Shown here one piece after another: positions 59,938 through 64,000 of a stretch of DNA of 64,000 bases. Origin of the DNA: Gemmatimonadaceae bacterium (lineage in GTDB: Bacteria > Gemmatimonadota > Gemmatimonadetes > Gemmatimonadales > Gemmatimonadaceae). Within the stretch, counting starts at the first letter, position 1; each line of letters begins with the position of its first letter. The stretch lies in contig JAUSJA010000037.1 in NCBI GenBank assembly GCA_030647905.1, forward strand, positions 12,030-76,029. The letters run 5' to 3'. The notes beneath the pieces are model-generated. The model made no database searches. It was not told the origin of the DNA and worked only from the letters and a program-made list of their open reading frames with translations. A program made the position numbers and the translations under genes.

Positions 59938-60432
59938 ATGATTCGCACTGGCATCGGCTACGACTCTCACCGCTTCGCCGCGGGTGGTCGAATGCTGCTC
60001 GGCGGAGTCGAGGTCGCGAGCGATATGCACCTCGCCGCGCATTCCGACGGCGATGCCGTCGCGCACGCGGTCACCGACGCGATACTGGGCGCTGCCGCGG
60101 TCGGAGACATCGGAAGCATGTTCCCCGACACCGATTCCGCGAACAAGGGCCGCGATTCGATGGAGATGCTCGCGGCTGCGGTCGGCCGCCTTCGCGCAAT
60201 CGGGTTCGCGGTATCCAATGTGGATGTCACGGTCGTCACCGAGAAGCCAAAGATCGCGCAGTACCGGGAGCGCATGCGGGAATCGCTCGCCACGACGCTT
60301 GGCGTTGACGCGGCCGCCGTGGGACTCAAGGGCAAGACGAATGAAGGGATGGGGTGGATCGGACGCGGCGAGGGCCTCGCTTGCATGGCGGTTGCAACGA
60401 TCGTCTCGATTGACGACGCGGGTGCGGATTGA
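59938..60432 (+). CDS. ispF: 2-C-methyl-D-erythritol 2,4-cyclodiphosphate synthase
   Basis: GIGYDSHRF, HSDGDAVAHA, GDIGSMFP, KGKTNEGMG. Confidence 0.94.
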   Translation: MIRTGIGYDSHRFAAGGRMLLGGVEVASDMHLAAHSDGDAVAHAVTDAILGAAAVGDIGSMFPDTDSANKGRDSMEMLAAAVGRLRAIGFAVSNVDVTVVTEKPKIAQYRERMRESLATTLGVDAAAVGLKGKTNEGMGWIGRGEGLACMAVATIVSIDDAGAD

Positions 60433-61043
60433 ACGTAGAAGCGGTCATCAACTGGCTGAGCGGGCTCCCGATCGCGGCGCTCTACCTGGCCATCGGCGTG
60501 ATCTCCGCCGTCGAGAACATCTTTCCGCCGTTTCCCGCGGACGCTGTCGTCGCATTCGGCAGCTTTCTCGCCGCGCGGGGCAAGGCGTCCCCGTACACGA
60601 CGTTTCTCGTATCGTGGATCGGAAACCTCGCCGGAGCCTCGCTGATGTATTATGTCGGCCGCCGCTATGGGTCGAGCGCATTCATGTCGCGGCTGGAGCG
60701 GTGGGCAGGGAAGGGTGCGGAACAGAGACTCATGGCACTCTACGGAAGGTTCGGGCTTCCCGCGCTGTTCATCAGCAGATTTCTGCCGGCAGTGCGCGCG
60801 GTGGTGCCTCCCTTCGCCGGAGCGATGAGGCTGCCGGCGCTACCGGTCGCCCTCGCTGTCGCCACGGCATCAGGGATCTGGTTCGCGTTCATCACTTTCA
60901 TCGCATTCCGGGCCGGATCCAACTGGGACGCGCTGCATGCGACGATCGTTCGCTCGGGCAAGATCATCGGACTCTCTGCCGTGGCGCTCGTGCTGATCGT
61001 CGCGGCGATCGTCTACATGCGACGAAACAGGACCCGGACATGA
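60429..61043 (+). CDS. dedA: DedA family membrane protein
   Basis: ENIFPPFPAD, GNLAGA..MYYVGR, SRFLPAVR. Confidence 0.88.
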   Translation: MNVEAVINWLSGLPIAALYLAIGVISAVENIFPPFPADAVVAFGSFLAARGKASPYTTFLVSWIGNLAGASLMYYVGRRYGSSAFMSRLERWAGKGAEQRLMALYGRFGLPALFISRFLPAVRAVVPPFAGAMRLPALPVALAVATASGIWFAFITFIAFRAGSNWDALHATIVRSGKIIGLSAVALVLIVAAIVYMRRNRTRT

Positions 61044-61047
61044 AGCC

Positions 61048-61968
61048 GTGCGCGCACTGAGTGTCCCGGACGAGATATCGCGGCCTTTCCAGCTTGAGAG
61101 GTTCCAGGACTATCTGTCGGTGGAAAAAGGCGCGTCTCCCCGGACGAACGAAGCGTACCTGAGAGATGTCGCGCGCTTCGCGACGTTCTGCGTCGTCAAG
61201 GGCGCTCCGTCGCCCGCCGCCGCGAGCGCAAAGATTCTCAGGGAGTACGTCTATCAGCTCAAGGATCTCGGGCTCTCGCCGTCGTCCATCCGGCGAAATG
61301 TTTCCGCGGTGCGCAGCTATTTCCGGTTCATGGTCGCCGAAGGCGAACTCGTCCGCGATCCCAGCGAGAGGCTAGAAGCGCCGAAGCGCTGGAGAACACT
61401 TCCCGAAGTGCTGACGGTGGACGAGGCGACGAAGCTTCTTGCCGCTCCATCGCTCGACGAGCCACTCGTGTTCCGCGACCGCGCGATGCTGGAGCTCGCG
61501 TACGGAGCGGGCCTGCGCGTCTCGGAATGGATCTCGCTCTCCATAAAGGACGTTCTCATGGACGAGCACCTGCTGCGCGTCTTCGGCAAGGGATCGAAGG
61601 AGCGTCTGGTTCCGATTGGCAGAGGAGCGATAGGTGCCGTCGCGATCTATCTGCGCGAGCTCAGGCCCAGACTCGAGCGTGGACAGGGGAAGGGAATCCT
61701 CTTCCTCAACGCCCGCGGAGAGCCATTGTCGCGCATGGGGGCGTGGAAGATCCTCCGCAAGTATGTGCAGATGGCGGGAATCACCAAGCCGGTCTCTCCG
61801 CACACGCTCCGCCATACGTTCGCCACGCATCTGCTCGAGGGCGGCGCGGACCTGAGAGCCGTGCAGGAGATGCTCGGCCATTCAGACATCTCGACGACGC
61901 AGATCTACACGCACGTTGACCGGGAGTACCTTCGGTCGGTCCACCGCCAGTTCCACCCACGGGCATGA
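61048..61968 (+). CDS. xerD: Site-specific tyrosine recombinase XerD
   Basis: RDRAMLELAYGAGLRVSE, GKGSKERLVP, SPHTLRHTFATHLL, LGH…TTQIYTHV. Confidence 0.88.
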   Translation: MRALSVPDEISRPFQLERFQDYLSVEKGASPRTNEAYLRDVARFATFCVVKGAPSPAAASAKILREYVYQLKDLGLSPSSIRRNVSAVRSYFRFMVAEGELVRDPSERLEAPKRWRTLPEVLTVDEATKLLAAPSLDEPLVFRDRAMLELAYGAGLRVSEWISLSIKDVLMDEHLLRVFGKGSKERLVPIGRGAIGAVAIYLRELRPRLERGQGKGILFLNARGEPLSRMGAWKILRKYVQMAGITKPVSPHTLRHTFATHLLEGGADLRAVQEMLGHSDISTTQIYTHVDREYLRSVHRQFHPRA

Positions 61969-62540
61969 TACTCGTTATCGACAACTACGACTCGTTCACG
62001 TACAATCTCGTCCAGTATCTGGGCGAGCTCGGGGCTGACCCGGCAGTACGGAGGAACGACGAGATCACACCCGATGAAATCGAGCGGCTCGGGCCGGCGG
62101 CGATCGTGATCTCGCCCGGCCCGGGCACGCCCGCCGAGGCCGGTGTGAGCATCGAAGCGATCCGCCAATGCGGATCGAGCATTCCGGTGCTCGGCGTCTG
62201 TCTCGGTCACCAGGCGATCGCCGAGGCGTACGGCGGACGAGTGGTGCGCGCGCCGCGACTGATGCACGGGAAAACGTCGCGCATAACGCACAACGGGAGC
62301 GGGTTGTTCGAGGGAATCGATTCGCCGCTCGAGGTGATGCGATATCATTCGCTGACCGTCGAGGCAGAGTCGCTTCCGCCGGACCTCGAGGCGTTGGCGT
62401 GGGAGGTGGATGATCCCGCGGGCATTCAGGCGATGAAGCATCGGGAGCACCCGGTGTGGGGAGTTCAATTTCACCCGGAGTCGGTGATGACGCAGAGCGG
62501 GAAGAAGCTTCTCTACAATTTTCTCCGACTCACACGATGA
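61965..62540 (+). CDS. Anthranilate/aminodeoxychorismate synthase component II (glutamine amidotransferase)
   Basis: IDNYDSFTYNL, SPGPG, GVCLGHQ, RYHSL, QFHPES (TrpG/PabA). Confidence 0.93.
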   Translation: MILVIDNYDSFTYNLVQYLGELGADPAVRRNDEITPDEIERLGPAAIVISPGPGTPAEAGVSIEAIRQCGSSIPVLGVCLGHQAIAEAYGGRVVRAPRLMHGKTSRITHNGSGLFEGIDSPLEVMRYHSLTVEAESLPPDLEALAWEVDDPAGIQAMKHREHPVWGVQFHPESVMTQSGKKLLYNFLRLTR

Positions 62541-63748
62541 CGGCGCGGCGATTCCGCTCGTCGGCGACGGTCGTATTCTTCGCCATGGCGTCAGTTGGCG
62601 CTTCGCAGAGCATATCCGCCCAGGACACGGCGTCTGTGACTCAACCGGTCGACACGTCATACGTTATCTACGACGAGGGCCCCATCTCGCTTCCCCTCGG
62701 TGTCGGCTTGCGTGCTCCGTCATACAACCGGATAGACGGACTGGCGCTCCCGTGGGGACCCTACGTCTCGCTCGCCTCGGGCCGTCTCTCGCTCGATCCG
62801 ACGGTCACATACAGGTCGAACCTCGGAAATGTGGACCCCCGACTCGGGGTCACCATCCGGTTCGGGCAGCACGACGCTTTCGATATCACGGGCGGCCGTG
62901 AAACATTCACCAACGACTCGTGGATCCGCTCTGACTTTCTCAACAGCCTTGCCACGATAGGAGTGGGAAGCGACTCGCGCAACTACTTTCGCGCCGATCG
63001 TGTTACGGGCACGCTCTCGCATTCCATGCCCAACGGCGCATGGACGGTGACGCCCTCGGTTGGCGTTCTGCACGAGAACGCGTGGTCCACTGGCATCCAC
63101 GTCCCGCATTCGTCCGCACCATGGAGCTTCCTTGGACGCAGCGACTCGCTCAAGATGCGACGCATCAATCCCGCGATAGCCCGCGGTCACATGACCTCGG
63201 GACTCGGAGCAATCGCCGCGTCGTACGAGCACCCGGAGCTGACCGGCTCAGTAGAGGTGCGGGTCGAGCGCGCATTCGACGCGCCCGAATACGCCGATCC
63301 GGATGTCGCGACATTCACGCAGATCACGATCGGATCCAAGGTGAGCTTTCCAACATTCGGTACGCAAACCTTCAGCTTCCGCGGCCACGCCCTGATCACA
63401 CCGGGAACGGGGGCTCCTCCTCAACGTTTCGCCTGGCTTGGTGGCGCGGGCACGCTGGCGACGGTGGACCTGCTGGCGCTCGGCGGTGACCGCCTGCTCT
63501 ATGTGGAGGGAGAATATTACCTGCCGCTCAGCGCTCCTGTCCTGCCGTTCGTCGGCCCACCCGTCGTCAGCGCCCGATATGCCGCGGGCTCGGCGGGAAT
63601 TGGAGAGCTTCCCGATCTCATCCAGAACATCGGCGTCAGCCTGGGCGTCAAGCTGGTGAAGGCGCAGTACCACATCGATCCGAACTACCGGAAGACACCT
63701 TACTCCCGGCGGAACGCGTTTTCTCTCGGCTTCTCTCTCTCGCTGTAG
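62537..63748 (+). CDS. Hypothetical exported outer-membrane beta-barrel-like protein
   Basis: Signal-peptide-like start (MTARRFRSSATVVFFAMASVGA); YNRIDGLAL; alternating amphipathic strands; ends FSLGFSLSL. Confidence 0.6.
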   Translation: MTARRFRSSATVVFFAMASVGASQSISAQDTASVTQPVDTSYVIYDEGPISLPLGVGLRAPSYNRIDGLALPWGPYVSLASGRLSLDPTVTYRSNLGNVDPRLGVTIRFGQHDAFDITGGRETFTNDSWIRSDFLNSLATIGVGSDSRNYFRADRVTGTLSHSMPNGAWTVTPSVGVLHENAWSTGIHVPHSSAPWSFLGRSDSLKMRRINPAIARGHMTSGLGAIAASYEHPELTGSVEVRVERAFDAPEYADPDVATFTQITIGSKVSFPTFGTQTFSFRGHALITPGTGAPPQRFAWLGGAGTLATVDLLALGGDRLLYVEGEYYLPLSAPVLPFVGPPVVSARYAAGSAGIGELPDLIQNIGVSLGVKLVKAQYHIDPNYRKTPYSRRNAFSLGFSLSL

Positions 63749-63844
63749 CGATGCGGTGAGCGCGAAATCCTCGCGCTGAGTCATGCGCCAACGTATATTT
63801 GATGGCGTGACTCTTGCATCCAGCCGCGCGAAATCAGGTGGTGG

Positions 63845-64000
63845 ATGAGGACGCTGGTGGTTATTCCGGCGCGCCTCGCGGCGGTTCGACTCCCCCACAA
63901 GCCGCTGCGTTTGCTCGGCGGCATCCCACTCATAGTCCGCGTCTGGCAACGCGTCTCCGAAATGAAAGTTGCCGACGCATGTGTCGTCGCCACGGATGAC
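63845..64000 (+). CDS. kdsB: 3-deoxy-manno-octulosonate cytidylyltransferase, 5' part (runs off the window)
   Basis: Manual translation MRTLVVIPARLAAVRLPHKPLRLLGGIPLIVRVWQRV…VVATDD. Confidence 0.88.
   Translation, partial: MRTLVVIPARLAAVRLPHKPLRLLGGIPLIVRVWQRVSEMKVADACVVATDD

Noticed and set aside
5135-60386. Many long minus-strand and alternate-frame ORFs in the track (e.g. 5135-6598, 18657-20327, 43963-45474, 46870-48453, 55506-57239)
   Set aside because: They are shadow ORFs of well-supported genes in GC-rich DNA and have no recognisable motifs.
61048-61968. Prophage or island integrase
   Set aside because: XerD-like size and motifs, embedded in a core operon with overlapping neighbours; no att sites, tRNA or phage genes nearby.
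3482-62653. HincII/AccI-type (GTYRAC/GTMKAC) avoidance as the cause of GTCGAC loss
   Set aside because: GTTGAC, GTCAAC, GTCTAC and GTAGAC are all readily found, so the depletion is specific to the TCGA-centred site.
63883-63894. tRNA T-loop-like GGTTCGACTCCC
   Set aside because: It lies in frame inside kdsB (AVRLP), and no acceptor, D or anticodon arms can be built around it.

Overview
A GC-rich (roughly 65% by eye) core-genome segment. Its gene order and protein types look like Gemmatimonadota; this is an inference from synteny and the remnant of a Gemmatimonas-style Ser/Thr kinase. Almost every gene is on the + strand and only dcd is on -. Order: end of an RND efflux operon; a deletion scar (kinase 5' fragment fused to the 3' part of an unrelated gene); icd, pepA, a plug/beta-barrel protein; yicC-gmk-rpoZ-coaBC-udg-dnaB-radA-ispD-tsaC-LMW phosphatase-aroE-comF; gap-pgk-tpiA-secG-carA; HU-moaD-moaE-moaA; mdh-sdhCAB; an intact IS630 next to a 5'-truncated subtilase-PKD gene; a ~210-nt rod-shaped ncRNA candidate (6S RNA-like); dcd; a complete nuoA-N operon; PMM/PGM, UPF0182, arcC, sucCD, ndk; yceD-rpmF-plsX-fabHDG-acpP-fabF; ispF-dedA-xerD-trpG/pabA, an outer-membrane protein, and the start of kdsB. 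I see no CRISPR array, prophage, rRNA, tRNA, defence island or clearly new multi-gene system. The most interesting signals are non-coding: the 6S-like RNA; an 'empty' CACAGATG direct-plus-inverted repeat cassette after ndk, with a related 9-mer repeat in frame in nuoL; strong depletion of GTCGAC and synonymous avoidance of ATCGAC; a Rex-like operator before nuoA; two gene scars that share one terminator family; and several short tandem duplications just after stop codons. All counts and alignments were done by eye with no database searches.
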